From the NCBI GenBank assembly GCA_028871795.1, contig JAGWMG010000006.1:41051-105050 (forward strand): 64,000 nt of DNA, in the 5' to 3' direction. The translations under genes were made by a program, and so were the position numbers. Shown one piece after another: positions 17,613-31,427 of the stretch (its first letter is position 1; each line of letters starts with the position of its first letter). The stretch is from Alphaproteobacteria bacterium. Its GTDB lineage: Bacteria > Pseudomonadota > Alphaproteobacteria > Micropepsales > Micropepsaceae. The notes under the pieces are model-generated. The model had not been told where the DNA came from and did no database searches. It was given only the letters and a program-made list of their open reading frames with translations.

Positions 17613-19082
17613 TTGACGCACGAATTGGACAAACCTACCGTTCTCCTGAAGGGCGAGAGGAGAGTGCAAGCCTTGACGATTTGCAACCCTTTGCGGCAGT
17701 TTCCGGGACACAGCGTCTTCCGGCCGATTTCAGGGCGCGTGGTCGCCTTCCTGGTGGGCTTCTTAGGCCCATTTGGCGCGATGGTCACGCCCGCCTCCGC
17801 GCAGGGCATCACCTTGCTGCAGGATACAGAGACCGAAAGGCTTCTGCATTCCTATGAGGACCCGATCCTGCACGTGGCGGGCATCGATGCCAACGCGGTC
17901 AAGATTTACATCGTCAACGACACGTCGTTAAACGCCTTTGTCGCGGAAGGACAGAACATTTTCTGCAATGCCGGCCTGTTTATCCAACTCAAGAACCCCA
18001 ACGAACTCACCGGCGTTCTGGCACACGAAACCGGCCATATGGCCGGCGGACACCTCATCCGCGACACCCGCGCCATCGAGAAGGCCGAAATCCCCATGTT
18101 GCTGTCGATGGTGGTGGGAATGGCCGCAGCCATCGCGGGCGCGGGCGAAGCCGGCATGATCCTGATGGGGATAGGCCAAAGCGCCGCACAGGCCCAGTTT
18201 CTGAGTTTCAGCCGGGTCCAGGAAGCCACGGCCGACCAGATGGGCCAAAGGTTCCTGCGGGAGACGCATCAGTCCGGCCTGGGCATGGTGCATGTGTTCG
18301 ATCGCATGGCCAACGAATCGGCCAGGGCGGGCGTCGACGAAAAGCAGTTCGCCAGTGACCATCCTGCGGACCGCGACCGCGTCGCCTTGATGGAGGATGA
18401 AGCGGACGCCTCCCCATACCGCGACGTCCCCGACAGTCCGGCGTCAATTCATGCGTACGAAATGGTCCAGGCGAAGGTGATCGGCTTTCTGCTGCCCGTG
18501 CGGGACGTGCTTTACCGCTATCCCCTTTCGGACAAAAGCGAACCGGCCCGCTATGCCCGCGCCATGGTCTACATGCGGATGCCGGATCTTCCGAAGGCGC
18601 TCGCGGAGATCAACAGCCTGATCAAGGATGAACCTAAGAACCCGTACTTTTACGAGGTGCTCGGCCAGATATATGTCTCGATGAGCCAGCCCACGAAGGG
18701 CATAACGCCTTATCAGACCTCGGTCGACCTCCTGCCTGACGCGCCCGAATTGCGCGTGTCCCTGGCGGCGGCGCAAATTGCGACCGAAAGAAAACCCGTC
18801 GAAAAAGCTGCGATCGACAACCTCAAGATTGCCCTGCAGCAGGATAACGATCAGCCATTCGCGTGGTACGAGATGGCCCAGGCTTATAGCGATCTGGACA
18901 ACGAACCGATGGCAAATCTGGCGACTGCGGAACGCTATTATGTGTTCGGTGCCATACAACCTGCTGCCATGTTCGCGGGACGCGCCCGACAAAAGCTTGC
19001 CAAAGGCTCGCCGGACTGGGAACGTGCGAACGACATCATCGCGGTGGCTGCAACACAGCCGAAGCAACAACGATCGGAATGA
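17613..19082 (+). CDS. M48 family metalloprotease with TPR region (BepA-like); true start may be near 17739
   Basis: LNAFVAEGQNIF, GVLAHETGH (HExxH), FSRVQEATAD, HPADRDR, TPR-like helices. Confidence 0.88.
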   Translation: MTHELDKPTVLLKGERRVQALTICNPLRQFPGHSVFRPISGRVVAFLVGFLGPFGAMVTPASAQGITLLQDTETERLLHSYEDPILHVAGIDANAVKIYIVNDTSLNAFVAEGQNIFCNAGLFIQLKNPNELTGVLAHETGHMAGGHLIRDTRAIEKAEIPMLLSMVVGMAAAIAGAGEAGMILMGIGQSAAQAQFLSFSRVQEATADQMGQRFLRETHQSGLGMVHVFDRMANESARAGVDEKQFASDHPADRDRVALMEDEADASPYRDVPDSPASIHAYEMVQAKVIGFLLPVRDVLYRYPLSDKSEPARYARAMVYMRMPDLPKALAEINSLIKDEPKNPYFYEVLGQIYVSMSQPTKGITPYQTSVDLLPDAPELRVSLAAAQIATERKPVEKAAIDNLKIALQQDNDQPFAWYEMAQAYSDLDNEPMANLATAERYYVFGAIQPAAMFAGRARQKLAKGSPDWERANDIIAVAATQPKQQRSE

Positions 19083-19828
19083 ATCCCATGAGCGAGCAAT
19101 GGAAGATGGCCGTCATAGGCGGCGCAATCGGCGCGGCCTTGGCGGTGGTGATTGTGTTTGCAGCGGGCAGGTTCGGGTATCTCCCGGGTACGAGCGACAC
19201 CAGAATCCACGACTACCTTCTGGCGCATCCCGACTTACTCGTGGATATGACAGACAAGCTACAGACGCAGGAAGCGGACAAGGAACAGCGGACCCTTCAG
19301 GCCGCCGTCGATAAAGTCGGACTCAAGCGCTTCATAAATCCGTCCGTCGCCTATCTCACCGGTCCCGCCGACGCGAAGAACACGTTTGTCGAGTTCTTCG
19401 ATTACAATTGCGGCCACTGCCGAAACAATTTCCCCGTCGTCAAAAAATTCTACGAGACACACAAGAACGACACGCGCTTTGCGTTCGTCGATTATCCGGT
19501 CTTCGGCGACGCCTCGACGGCGGCGGCGCGCGCCTCTGTCGCCACGCGGCGCCAGGGCGATCGCTATATCGCCTTGCATTTCCAGCTTATGAGCGAAGCA
19601 ATGCCTATCGATGCCAATTTGCTCTCCGCCGATGCCAAGAAGGCCGGTGTCGATATGGGACGGTTAGATAACGACATGAAAGACCCTAACATCGACCGAA
19701 CGCTCGCTACCGCACACAAGCTGGCGGAGGAGGCGCGGTTCCAAGGCACGCCGACGTTCATCGTCAACGGGAAAGTGCATGAAGGCGAAATTACCGAGGC
19801 CGAGCTGAAGGCTCTCTTGAAAAGCTGA
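19079..19828 (+). CDS. DsbA family thiol-disulfide oxidoreductase
   Basis: EFFDYNCGHC, GTPTFIVNG, N-terminal TM; ATGA overlap with the M48 gene. Confidence 0.9.
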   Translation: MNPMSEQWKMAVIGGAIGAALAVVIVFAAGRFGYLPGTSDTRIHDYLLAHPDLLVDMTDKLQTQEADKEQRTLQAAVDKVGLKRFINPSVAYLTGPADAKNTFVEFFDYNCGHCRNNFPVVKKFYETHKNDTRFAFVDYPVFGDASTAAARASVATRRQGDRYIALHFQLMSEAMPIDANLLSADAKKAGVDMGRLDNDMKDPNIDRTLATAHKLAEEARFQGTPTFIVNGKVHEGEITEAELKALLKS

Positions 19829-19831
19829 GAC

Positions 19832-20818
19832 TCAAATCAGTCCCGCCAGCGGGCTCGACGGATCCGCGTAGCGCTTCTTGGCCATGCGCCCCGCGACATA
19901 GGCGAGACGCCCCGCCTCTACGGCATGACGCATCGCACGGGCCATCATAATCGGGTCCTTGGCTTCGGCGATGGCCGTGTTCATCAGCACCGCGTCGCAG
20001 CCGAGTTCCATCGCCACAGCAGCATCCGACGCCGTACCCACGCCGGCATCCACGATCACCGGCACTTGCGCCTCCTCGACGATCATGCGGATGCCGACCG
20101 GATTCTGCACGCCCAGACCCGACCCGATCGGTGCCGCAAGCGGCATGATCGCGCAAGCGCCCAATTCTTCCAACCGCTTCGCCATCAAAGGATCGTCGCT
20201 GCAATAGACCATGACCTGGAATCCCTCCTTCAGGAGCAGCTCGGTGGCACGCAACGTCTCGATCATGTTCGGATAAAGCGTCTTTTTGTCGCCCAGAACT
20301 TCCAGCTTCACCAGCGTCCAGCCGCCGGCCTCACGCGCCAGGCGCAAGGTGCGAACCGCATCCTCGCCGGTAAAGCAGCCCGCCGTGTTCGGCAGATAAG
20401 TGTATTTCTCGGGATCGATGAAATCGACCAGCCGTTCTTGATTCGGATCGGTCAGGTTCACCCGGCGCACCGCGACCGTGACGATCTCCGCCCCGCTGGC
20501 CTCCAGCGCCGCGGCGTTCTGAGCGTAGGTTTTGTACTTGCCTGTGCCGATGATCAAACGCGAGCGGTAGGTCTTGCCGGCGATAACCAAGGGCTTGTCC
20601 CGCAGCGGTTCGTTGCCCCCGCCGATGAACTGGACGATCTCCAGCTTGTCGCCCTCCCCCACGACCGTCTGCCCATATTGTGAGCGCGGCACGATTTCGC
20701 GATTGCGTTCCACGGCGATCTTGGCAGGATCGAGTCCCATACCGGTCAAAAGCGCGGCTACGCTGACAGAAGAGCCAAGCTGGCGGGCTTCCCCGTTAAT
20801 AGTCACTGTCACGTCCAT
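19832..20818 (-). CDS. thiG: Fused ThiS sulfur carrier / thiazole synthase ThiG
   Basis: [10 protein letters not shown]...KIAVERN...EIVQFIGGG followed in frame by [28 protein letters not shown]. Confidence 0.93.
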   Translation of the reverse strand: MDVTVTINGEARQLGSSVSVAALLTGMGLDPAKIAVERNREIVPRSQYGQTVVGEGDKLEIVQFIGGGNEPLRDKPLVIAGKTYRSRLIIGTGKYKTYAQNAAALEASGAEIVTVAVRRVNLTDPNQERLVDFIDPEKYTYLPNTAGCFTGEDAVRTLRLAREAGGWTLVKLEVLGDKKTLYPNMIETLRATELLLKEGFQVMVYCSDDPLMAKRLEELGACAIMPLAAPIGSGLGVQNPVGIRMIVEEAQVPVIVDAGVGTASDAAVAMELGCDAVLMNTAIAEAKDPIMMARAMRHAVEAGRLAYVAGRMAKKRYADPSSPLAGLI

Positions 20819-20900
20819 AAAGACTGTTCCCGATTGGTTGTTTGCCTCGCCCCGATTGCCCAGTATAAAGCGGAGTTCGAAAGCGTTAACGGAGCCGTTC

Positions 20901-21359
20901 TTGGCCAAGAAGCCCCTTCCGATATATGTCCTTAACGGCCCGAACCTCAACCTCCTCGGTCTGCGCGAGCCGGAAATCTATGGTCGCACCACGTTGAACG
21001 AGATCGGCAAGATGGTGGCCAAGCAGGCGAAAACCCACGGACTTTCCGTCGTTTTCCGCCAATCCAACCACGAAGGCGAGCTGATCGACTGGGTCCAGGA
21101 AGCGCGCACCAAATCGGCCGGGATGATCCTCAACGGCGGAGCTTATACGCACACCTCCCTCGCGCTGCATGACGCTCTGCGCGCCCTGGACAAGCCGCTG
21201 GTGGAAATCCATCTCTCGAATCCCTTCGCACGGGAGGAATTCCGCCACCATTCGTACATCAGTTCCCTCGCCAAGGGCGTGATCGTCGGATTCGGTGCAG
21301 GCAGCTACCTGCTGGCCGTGGACGCACTGGCCTCTCTCCTTGAAGGGCCGGCCGCATGA
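20901..21359 (+). CDS. aroQ: Type II 3-dehydroquinate dehydratase
   Basis: [37 protein letters not shown]; TTG start after GGAG. Confidence 0.95.
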   Translation: MAKKPLPIYVLNGPNLNLLGLREPEIYGRTTLNEIGKMVAKQAKTHGLSVVFRQSNHEGELIDWVQEARTKSAGMILNGGAYTHTSLALHDALRALDKPLVEIHLSNPFAREEFRHHSYISSLAKGVIVGFGAGSYLLAVDALASLLEGPAA

Positions 21360-21856
21360 ACATGAAGGACGTAAAGGCGATTGGGGCGCGCCTTGCCGCC
21401 GGCGGAAAGGTAAAATCCCTGCCGGCCATCGATGCTACGGCGATTCGCGAATTGGCAGAGCTGCTGGCCGAGACCGGCCTGACCGAGATCGAGATCGAAC
21501 AAGGCGGCGCGCGGCTGCGCGTGGCGCGCCAGCCCGGAGGCACCTTCGCCGTCTCCACGGCACCCGTTGTCGCCCCTGTCGCGATGGCCGCCGCGGAAGC
21601 GCCTACACAGAAAGGCTCGCAAGCCGGTGCCGTGACATCGCCCATGGTCGGCACCGTCTATGTCGCGCCGGAGCCCGGCAAGCCGCCGTTCGTGAAGGTG
21701 GGCGACCAAGTGCAGGAAGGCGATACGCTGCTGATCGTCGAAGCGATGAAGACGATGAACCCTATCCTCAGCCCGCGCGGCGGCACGGTGAGCGAAGTGT
21801 TCGTGCATGACGCCGAGCCGGTCGAATTCGGCCAGCCCCTACTTGCAATCTCGTGA
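21356..21856 (+). CDS. accB: Acetyl-CoA carboxylase biotin carboxyl carrier protein
   Basis: SPMVGT, EAMKTMN biotinylation motif. Confidence 0.95.
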   Translation: MNMKDVKAIGARLAAGGKVKSLPAIDATAIRELAELLAETGLTEIEIEQGGARLRVARQPGGTFAVSTAPVVAPVAMAAAEAPTQKGSQAGAVTSPMVGTVYVAPEPGKPPFVKVGDQVQEGDTLLIVEAMKTMNPILSPRGGTVSEVFVHDAEPVEFGQPLLAIS

Positions 21857-23202
21857 TGTTCGAGAAAGTCCTCATTGCAAACCGTGGCGAGATCGCGCTG
21901 CGCATCAACCGCGCCTGCAAGGAAATGGGGATCGCGACCGTCGCGGTACATTCTACCGCCGACGCCGACGCCATGCATGTGCGTCTCGCCGACGAAAGCG
22001 TCTGCATCGGACCGCCGCCGGCCGCGCAGTCCTACCTCAATATTCCCGCGATCATTTCCGCCTGCGAGATCACCGGCGCGCAAGCGATCCATCCGGGCTA
22101 CGGTTTCCTGTCGGAGAACGCGCGCTTCGCGGAGATCGTGAAGGAGCACGGCATCACCTTCATCGGACCGGAGCCCAAGCATATCCGGCTGATGGGCGAC
22201 AAGATCGCCGCCAAGCAGGCCGCGAGGGACGTCGGCATCCCGACCGTTCCCGGTTCCGAGGGCGCCGTCGGCTCCGACGAAGAAGCCACGCGCATCGCCG
22301 CGGACATCGGCTATCCGGTCCTCATCAAGGCGTCGGCGGGCGGCGGCGGCCGCGGCATGAAAGTCGCGCACAAGCCGGCGGACCTGAGGCTTGCACTCAC
22401 CACAGCCCGCGCCGAGGCGAAGACCGCCTTCGCGAACGACGCAGTCTATATCGAGAAATATCTCCAAAAGCCGCGCCATATCGAAATACAGGTGCTGGCC
22501 GACGGCGCGGGCCAGGTGGTGCATCTGGGCGAGCGCGATTGCTCGTTGCAGCGCCGCCATCAGAAGGTCATGGAAGAGGCCGGCAGCCCGGCGCTCAACG
22601 ACGCCCAGCGCAAGGACATCGGCGGCACCGTCACGCGCGCCCTGGAAAAGCTCGGCTATCTCGGCGCGGGCACGGTCGAGTTCCTTTACGAGGACGGGCG
22701 CTTCTATTTCATCGAGATGAACACGCGTCTGCAGGTGGAACATCCGGTGAGCGAAGCGATCACCGGAATCGACATCGTGCGCGAGCAGATCCGCATCGCC
22801 GGCGGAGCGCCGCTCGAAATCAAGCAAGGGGACATCGGCTTCTCCGGCCACGCCATCGAGTGCCGCATCAACGCGGAGAATCCCTACACCTTCCTGCCCT
22901 CGCCCGGCCTCATCACGCAATTCCACACGCCGGGCGGGCTGGGCGTGCGTTTCGATTCCGCGATCTACGCCGGCTACCGCATCCCGCCCTATTACGACAG
23001 CCTGGCGGGCAAGCTGATCGTTCACGGCCGAAGCCGCAACGAATGCCTGATGCGCCTGCGTCGGGCGCTCGACGAAGTCGTGGTCGGCGGGATCGAGACC
23101 ACCATTCCGCTGTTCCAGAAGCTGGTGCGCGAGCACGACATCCTCGACGGCGACTACAATATCCACTGGCTGGAGCATTTTCTGGCGAAGAAGGGAGCCT
23201 GA
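21856..23202 (+). CDS. accC: Biotin carboxylase
   Basis: [38 protein letters not shown]. Confidence 0.97.
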   Translation: MFEKVLIANRGEIALRINRACKEMGIATVAVHSTADADAMHVRLADESVCIGPPPAAQSYLNIPAIISACEITGAQAIHPGYGFLSENARFAEIVKEHGITFIGPEPKHIRLMGDKIAAKQAARDVGIPTVPGSEGAVGSDEEATRIAADIGYPVLIKASAGGGGRGMKVAHKPADLRLALTTARAEAKTAFANDAVYIEKYLQKPRHIEIQVLADGAGQVVHLGERDCSLQRRHQKVMEEAGSPALNDAQRKDIGGTVTRALEKLGYLGAGTVEFLYEDGRFYFIEMNTRLQVEHPVSEAITGIDIVREQIRIAGGAPLEIKQGDIGFSGHAIECRINAENPYTFLPSPGLITQFHTPGGLGVRFDSAIYAGYRIPPYYDSLAGKLIVHGRSRNECLMRLRRALDEVVVGGIETTIPLFQKLVREHDILDGDYNIHWLEHFLAKKGA

Positions 23203-23206
23203 CAAA

Positions 23207-23260
23207 CCGAAGGCGGGACTCGTGGACGCTTCATCGACAGCGACACGATCCCGCCTTCGG
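23207..23260. repeat. Inverted repeat directly after accC (terminator-like or repeat-family palindrome)
   Basis: ccgaaggcggga(c)tcgtg ... cacgatcccgccttcgg; no T-tract. Confidence 0.55.
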
Positions 23261-23720
23261 CGCAAAGCTACGGCAGGCAAGTGGAATCCGCCCGACGCGG
23301 AAACCGCGAGCACCTTTGCTTTTCCACGGGCTGCGCAGAGCAGGCGTTTCGCAGTTCCGGCCGCTCCTGGCGGCCTTTTCGCCGGCTCACTCCGTTCGGA
23401 TGCACGCGAAATCGCACCCTTGACCCTGTATGTTTCCGCGTCGGCTATGCACTGATCCTGGCGGCGGCCCGTCGGCCGCCTGTGGTACGCCTCCATTGTC
23501 GGTGAAGCATCGCGAACGGATGCTATGCGTGTGAGATGGGGTGCGGAAGACGCGATTCAAGGGGCGCGAAGAAAAAGTTTGTGCGAATCCAACGCATTAC
23601 AGTTCGCATACGGATCGACGATCCGCAACATGGAAAATGTCTTGTTCGCCGCGAGGCGGACGTTCATCCGACCGCACTGTAGGTCCCAGATGCGCCAATT
23701 CCGCCCTTTCGTTGACGCGT

Positions 23721-24653
23721 TCAGTTTCCTCGACTGTGTTTTGTTTCGACCGACGGTGGTGCCGGTACCGCATTCCTTGGGAAAAGGAATTGAATTGCTT
23801 CGGGAAAACGCCTGGCCCATGCGTCTTCATCGTGTGTGGCATCGGGATCGATTTCGACGCGGACTTCCCCGGGTTTGAAGGTCGCTGACCGCAAGTTGGC
23901 TGCAAGTTGGCTCAGCATTTTTGCCGAGGTTTCATTCTCGCCGGGAAGCTTCCATTCCTTCATGCCGTAGCCAAGGTATGTGCGTGACGGTGCCATGGGA
24001 ATCCCCACGGTGTCACGCACGAGCTGTCCGTTGCCGACCCAAAGAACGGGGCTCTCGCCGAGCACCTTGCCGAACACCGTCGGAGCCATGATGCCCACGT
24101 AGAGCGCAGCAACTCCACCATAGCTCGATCCGGCGATAGCGGTGTTCTCGGGACCCTTGCGAATGCGATAACGCGCCTCGGCCGCTGGCATCACGTCCTT
24201 CACCATGAACTCGGTTAGGCGAACTCCGCCGGTCGGTCCGCCACCGGGGTTTTGAATGTTGTCCTGCCAAGGAAGCCATTCGTAGGCACGACGTTCGCCG
24301 GCATGATCGATGCCGACGACGATAAGAGGTTCGACTTTTCCTTTGCCGATCAAACGCGTAAGCGTCTCATCCACTTGCCACTCTTTGTGGGCATATGACG
24401 TACAGATATCGAAGACATTTTGAGCGTCGAAGATGTAAAGTACCGGATAGTAACGACGTTCGTTGGTTGAATCGGAGTAACCGGGAGGCAACCACACGCG
24501 CAGTTTCCGGCTGTTTCCAAAGGTACTGCTCTGCAGATCGAAGATGTCGAGCTTGCCTGTGACGGTAGGCCGACAATCAGCGCCGGACGAAGCGTCTGCC
24601 GCGTGAAGCGGCAAGGCAACAACTGCCAGGAGTGCGACCAGTGTCAGTTTCAT
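23721..24653 (-). CDS. Secreted alpha/beta-hydrolase (putative esterase, Fes/IroE-like)
   Basis: Signal peptide; VWLPPGY, YPVLYIFDAQN, AGSSYGG nucleophile elbow, ATHDEDAW; visibly lower GC than neighbours. Confidence 0.85.
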   Translation of the reverse strand: MKLTLVALLAVVALPLHAADASSGADCRPTVTGKLDIFDLQSSTFGNSRKLRVWLPPGYSDSTNERRYYPVLYIFDAQNVFDICTSYAHKEWQVDETLTRLIGKGKVEPLIVVGIDHAGERRAYEWLPWQDNIQNPGGGPTGGVRLTEFMVKDVMPAAEARYRIRKGPENTAIAGSSYGGVAALYVGIMAPTVFGKVLGESPVLWVGNGQLVRDTVGIPMAPSRTYLGYGMKEWKLPGENETSAKMLSQLAANLRSATFKPGEVRVEIDPDATHDEDAWARRFPEAIQFLFPRNAVPAPPSVETKHSRGN

Positions 24654-24863
24654 AACCGCCTCCGCCAAACCGTCATTTTTTCGTCACGCAGCAGCAAAAT
24701 GCATATTGGCGCTCTTGCCAACCCGTCTTCGGGTCTGGGACGCGTCTTCAGTGCCGCAGACATGGGCATCTTCGCGGAACGAACATCCGCAAATGCCCGC
24801 ATTCCCGCCGCTCGCGTTAGGGCCGCTGTCGCCCCGTAAGCGGCTGGCCCGCAACGCGAGGGC

Positions 24864-24891
24864 GATGGCTGCCTCAAGCCCGGCCATGACG
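24864..24891 (-). repeat. CGTC-tagged REP-like palindrome, degenerate/chimeric copy
   Basis: Reverse complement CGTC-ATGGCCGGG-CTTGA-GGCAGCCAT-C. Confidence 0.75.
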
Positions 24892-24917
24892 AATTTGGTT
24901 TGTGCTATTCTCCCCCC

Positions 24918-25649
24918 ATGCACGCCCCGCGGCTCACGCCCGAGATCCTGCTCAGCGCCTATGCCGAGGGACTGTTCCCCATGGCGGAGCGCCGCGACGA
25001 TCCCACGCTCTATTGGGTGTCGCCGCAGAAGCGCGGCATCTTCCCGCTCGACACCTTCCACGTGCCCAAGCGCCTGGCGCGCACCGTGCGCAGCGACAGG
25101 TTTTCCGTGACCGCCGACACCGCGTTCGCCGGCGTGCTGCTGGCCTGCGCCGAGCCCGCGCCGGGACGCGAAGAGACCTGGATCAACGACGAGATCGTCC
25201 GCCTCTACACGGCGCTGCACTTGAGCGGCCACGCCCATTCGCTCGAATGCCGCCGCGAAGGCCGGCTGGCGGGCGGACTCTACGGCGTGCAGCTTGGCGG
25301 CGCCTTCTTCGGCGAAAGCATGTTCTCGCGCGAAACCGATGCCAGCAAGGTGGCGCTCGTCCATCTGGTGGCGCGGCTCAAGATGGGCGGATTCAAGCTG
25401 CTCGACGCGCAGTTCCTCACCGCGCATCTGGCGCGCTTCGGCGCCGTGGAAATCCCGCGCAAGACGTATCTCGCCAAGTTGAGCACGGCGATCGCCGCGC
25501 CAGCCTATTGGCCGGCGTCTTCCGGCAACTCCGGCATGCCTTCATTGGCGCCCGCATTGGGCGAAACGGGCTTGACCGGCGCGGCGGCCGTCACGGACGG
25601 AGCCTGGCCGGGCGCGTTGGTCTTGCAGCGGATCGCCCACACGTCATAG
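24918..25649 (+). CDS. aat: Leucyl/phenylalanyl-tRNA--protein transferase
   Basis: [45 protein letters not shown]. Confidence 0.95.
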   Translation: MHAPRLTPEILLSAYAEGLFPMAERRDDPTLYWVSPQKRGIFPLDTFHVPKRLARTVRSDRFSVTADTAFAGVLLACAEPAPGREETWINDEIVRLYTALHLSGHAHSLECRREGRLAGGLYGVQLGGAFFGESMFSRETDASKVALVHLVARLKMGGFKLLDAQFLTAHLARFGAVEIPRKTYLAKLSTAIAAPAYWPASSGNSGMPSLAPALGETGLTGAAAVTDGAWPGALVLQRIAHTS

Positions 25650-26110
25650 AGCGGATGCTGCATCGCGTTGAGGCCCGGACTGGAGGCGTACATCCAACCC
25701 GAATACACGCGCCGCGCCGGCTTGTCCGGGCGGCGATCGTCGATCTGCACGAAGGCCGAGGTCTCCGGCGTTTCGCTCGCGGGCGTCGAATAGCAGGTGC
25801 GCGCGACGATGGTCAGCGTGGCGAATTTCACCGGCACATTGAGCGGCGCCATGACGACGCTTGCCCGTCCCGTGATCTTGTCGAGGGCCCGCAATTCCAG
25901 GACGGCATGTGGATCGCTCGCCGCTGGCGCTGACGACGCCGGCGATGCCGCAGGCGGCGGCGCCGTAACGGACGGCGCAGGCGGCGGCGCAGCAGCCGTC
26001 GTAGGCGGCGTAGCCGGAAGGGCGAGGTCCGCCGGATCTCCAGACGACGACTGCGCCTGGGCAGCGACTGCCAGCACCGCCACGGTTCCCAGGATCGAAC
26101 GCAACGTCAT
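25505..26110 (-). CDS. DUF2155 domain secreted protein
   Basis: [43 protein letters not shown]. Confidence 0.88.
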   Translation of the reverse strand: MTLRSILGTVAVLAVAAQAQSSSGDPADLALPATPPTTAAAPPPAPSVTAPPPAASPASSAPAASDPHAVLELRALDKITGRASVVMAPLNVPVKFATLTIVARTCYSTPASETPETSAFVQIDDRRPDKPARRVYSGWMYASSPGLNAMQHPLYDVWAIRCKTNAPGQAPSVTAAAPVKPVSPNAGANEGMPELPEDAGQ

Positions 26111-26595
26111 GGCTTGGGCGCACCGCTGTTGGCGTTATTGGGAGCATTGCTGCCCCCCGATCCTCCCCCGGAAAACTTAGACAGCAGATTCATCAAATCG
26201 ATGGAGCCTTGCGTGTTGCGGATGCGGCCGCCGGCCATCAGCATCTTGTCGCTGCCGCCGGGCGAAATTGACAGATAGGAACTGCCGAGCAGGCCCGAGG
26301 ACGTCACCATCAGCGACGAATCGTCGGGAATTTTCACATCGTCGTGGATATTCAGATGCACGATGACGAGATAGTCCTTCGGATCGAGGGTGAGCGCGGA
26401 AACTACGCCGACCTTGATTCCGGAGAGCCTCACGTCGGTGCCCACGGCGATGCCGTCCACGCGCGCCACCTTGGCCGTCAGTTCATAGCCCTCGACGGCC
26501 GCCGAGCCCGTGCTGCGATAGGCGAAGACGAGAAAGACGACGGCCACTGCCACGACGGCCGCGCCGATCAGCGTTTCTACGGTGTCGTTGTGCAT
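26107..26595 (-). CDS. MlaD/MCE family protein
   Basis: ETLIGAAV TM, DGIAVGTDVRLSGIKVG, SSGLLGSSYLSISPG. Confidence 0.9.
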   Translation of the reverse strand: MHNDTVETLIGAAVVAVAVVFLVFAYRSTGSAAVEGYELTAKVARVDGIAVGTDVRLSGIKVGVVSALTLDPKDYLVIVHLNIHDDVKIPDDSSLMVTSSGLLGSSYLSISPGGSDKMLMAGGRIRNTQGSIDLMNLLSKFSGGGSGGSNAPNNANSGAPKP

Positions 26596-26598
26596 CGT

Positions 26599-26979
26599 CT
26601 AGTTCGGGCTCCAGGGTTCGTAGTCGCCGGTCGCGGGCGCGCGCACGCCGCCGCGTGCCAGACTTCCGGGCGGATAATAGGCGCCTTCCATGCCGCTCAT
26701 ATTGGGCCGATGGTCCCTTTCCCACGTCCTGACCTTCGCCGGCCCGCTGGGCGGTTCCTTAAAGGTGTGATGCAGCCAGCCGTGCCAATCGGCGGGCACG
26801 CGCGAGGCTTCCACCGTGCCGTTGTACAGCACCCAGCGGCGCCTGCTGTTCTTGCTGCGGTAATAGCGGTTGCCATACTCGTCGGCGCCGACGGGCACTC
26901 CACGGAACCAAACGGTCAACAGCGTTCCCGGTGTGGCGTCCCGCCACCACACGAAAAGCATTCGCAGCAGCCGGCCCAT
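26599..26979 (-). CDS. NADH:ubiquinone oxidoreductase subunit NDUFA12 homolog
   Basis: VGADEYGNRYY, RRWVLY, EASRVPADWHGWLHH, YEPWSP. Confidence 0.92.
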   Translation of the reverse strand: MGRLLRMLFVWWRDATPGTLLTVWFRGVPVGADEYGNRYYRSKNSRRRWVLYNGTVEASRVPADWHGWLHHTFKEPPSGPAKVRTWERDHRPNMSGMEGAYYPPGSLARGGVRAPATGDYEPWSPN

Positions 26980-27009
26980 GCGGTCCCTCAATCCTGTAGA
27001 TTCGCAGGA

Positions 27010-27038
27010 ATATAGAGGCGCAGCCCGGCGATAGCCAA
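27010..27038 (-). promoter_or_regulatory. Putative sigma70 promoter of NDUFA12-mlaD-DUF2155
   Basis: TTGGCT-N17-CTATAT on minus strand, close to the alphaproteobacterial CTTGAC-N17-CTATAT consensus. Confidence 0.55.
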
Positions 27039-27213
27039 GGGAATGGCTGGGCGCACGGCGAAAAGAGACATTCGCGCCCGCTCGCTCCGGTCGCCGGCCC
27101 TGTTCACAATCGATCCACAAAGCGTCTGCGACTTGTGTGTCATCGAAACGAAAAATTTTTCTGCACGATTCTGAAACCCCGCTTGACTCGCGGCTTTTCC
27201 AGCGCCCGTTAAG

Positions 27214-27322
27214 ACCCCACATCTGGTGGGTAAGGTTTCGTTTACCACTTATCACTTGCGTACCCTCCGCGTTGGGGCCAATACTTTGCAGCAGTCGCTT
27301 CTCGCGACACCAAATCTGGCGG
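27214..27322 (+). promoter_or_regulatory. Two NrdR-box-like sites upstream of nrdJ
   Basis: accccacatctggtgg (27214-27229) and acaccaaatctggcgg (27307-27322) fit acaCwAtATaTwGtg; the first follows a TTGACT...GTTAAG promoter-like element. Confidence 0.65.
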
Positions 27323-27447
27323 ACCGAACTACCCCTAGCCGCCGGAGTTCATGCCGCACAGGCGAACTCCGCGGAGTGGGAAATTGTCCCCAAAACGGTG
27401 CCGGAAAGGTGATTGAGGGCTCAATTTTGCATCCGGTTGGGGGCTTT

Positions 27448-31203
<3,756 letters not shown>

Positions 31204-31210
31204 GGAAAAA

Positions 31211-31408
31211 ATGATGTTACGGCTCTTAAACGAAGAGGACATCTCACAGCTGTACGCCAGATGGCGGCGAGCAAAGCAATCTTATCGGGCGCATCGCACG
31301 ATGGACATACCGCTCGATGAGGCTGAAATGAGGTGGCAGCATTTCAGTCACGTAATGGAAAAGATCGAATACGAAATGGATCGTCGGTGTAGGTTCCAAC
31401 TAACTTAG
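31211..31408 (+). CDS. Small hypothetical protein (65 aa)
   Basis: GAGGA SD, ATG 7 nt after nrdJ stop, helical charged composition, AT-richer than flanks; no family recognised. Confidence 0.55.
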   Translation: MMLRLLNEEDISQLYARWRRAKQSYRAHRTMDIPLDEAEMRWQHFSHVMEKIEYEMDRRCRFQLT

Positions 31409-31427
31409 AGCTACGTCACGCCACATT

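Noticed and set aside
27000-27447. Cobalamin riboswitch upstream of nrdJ
   Set aside because: No B12-box or GGGAA...GCCACTG core recognisable on either strand.
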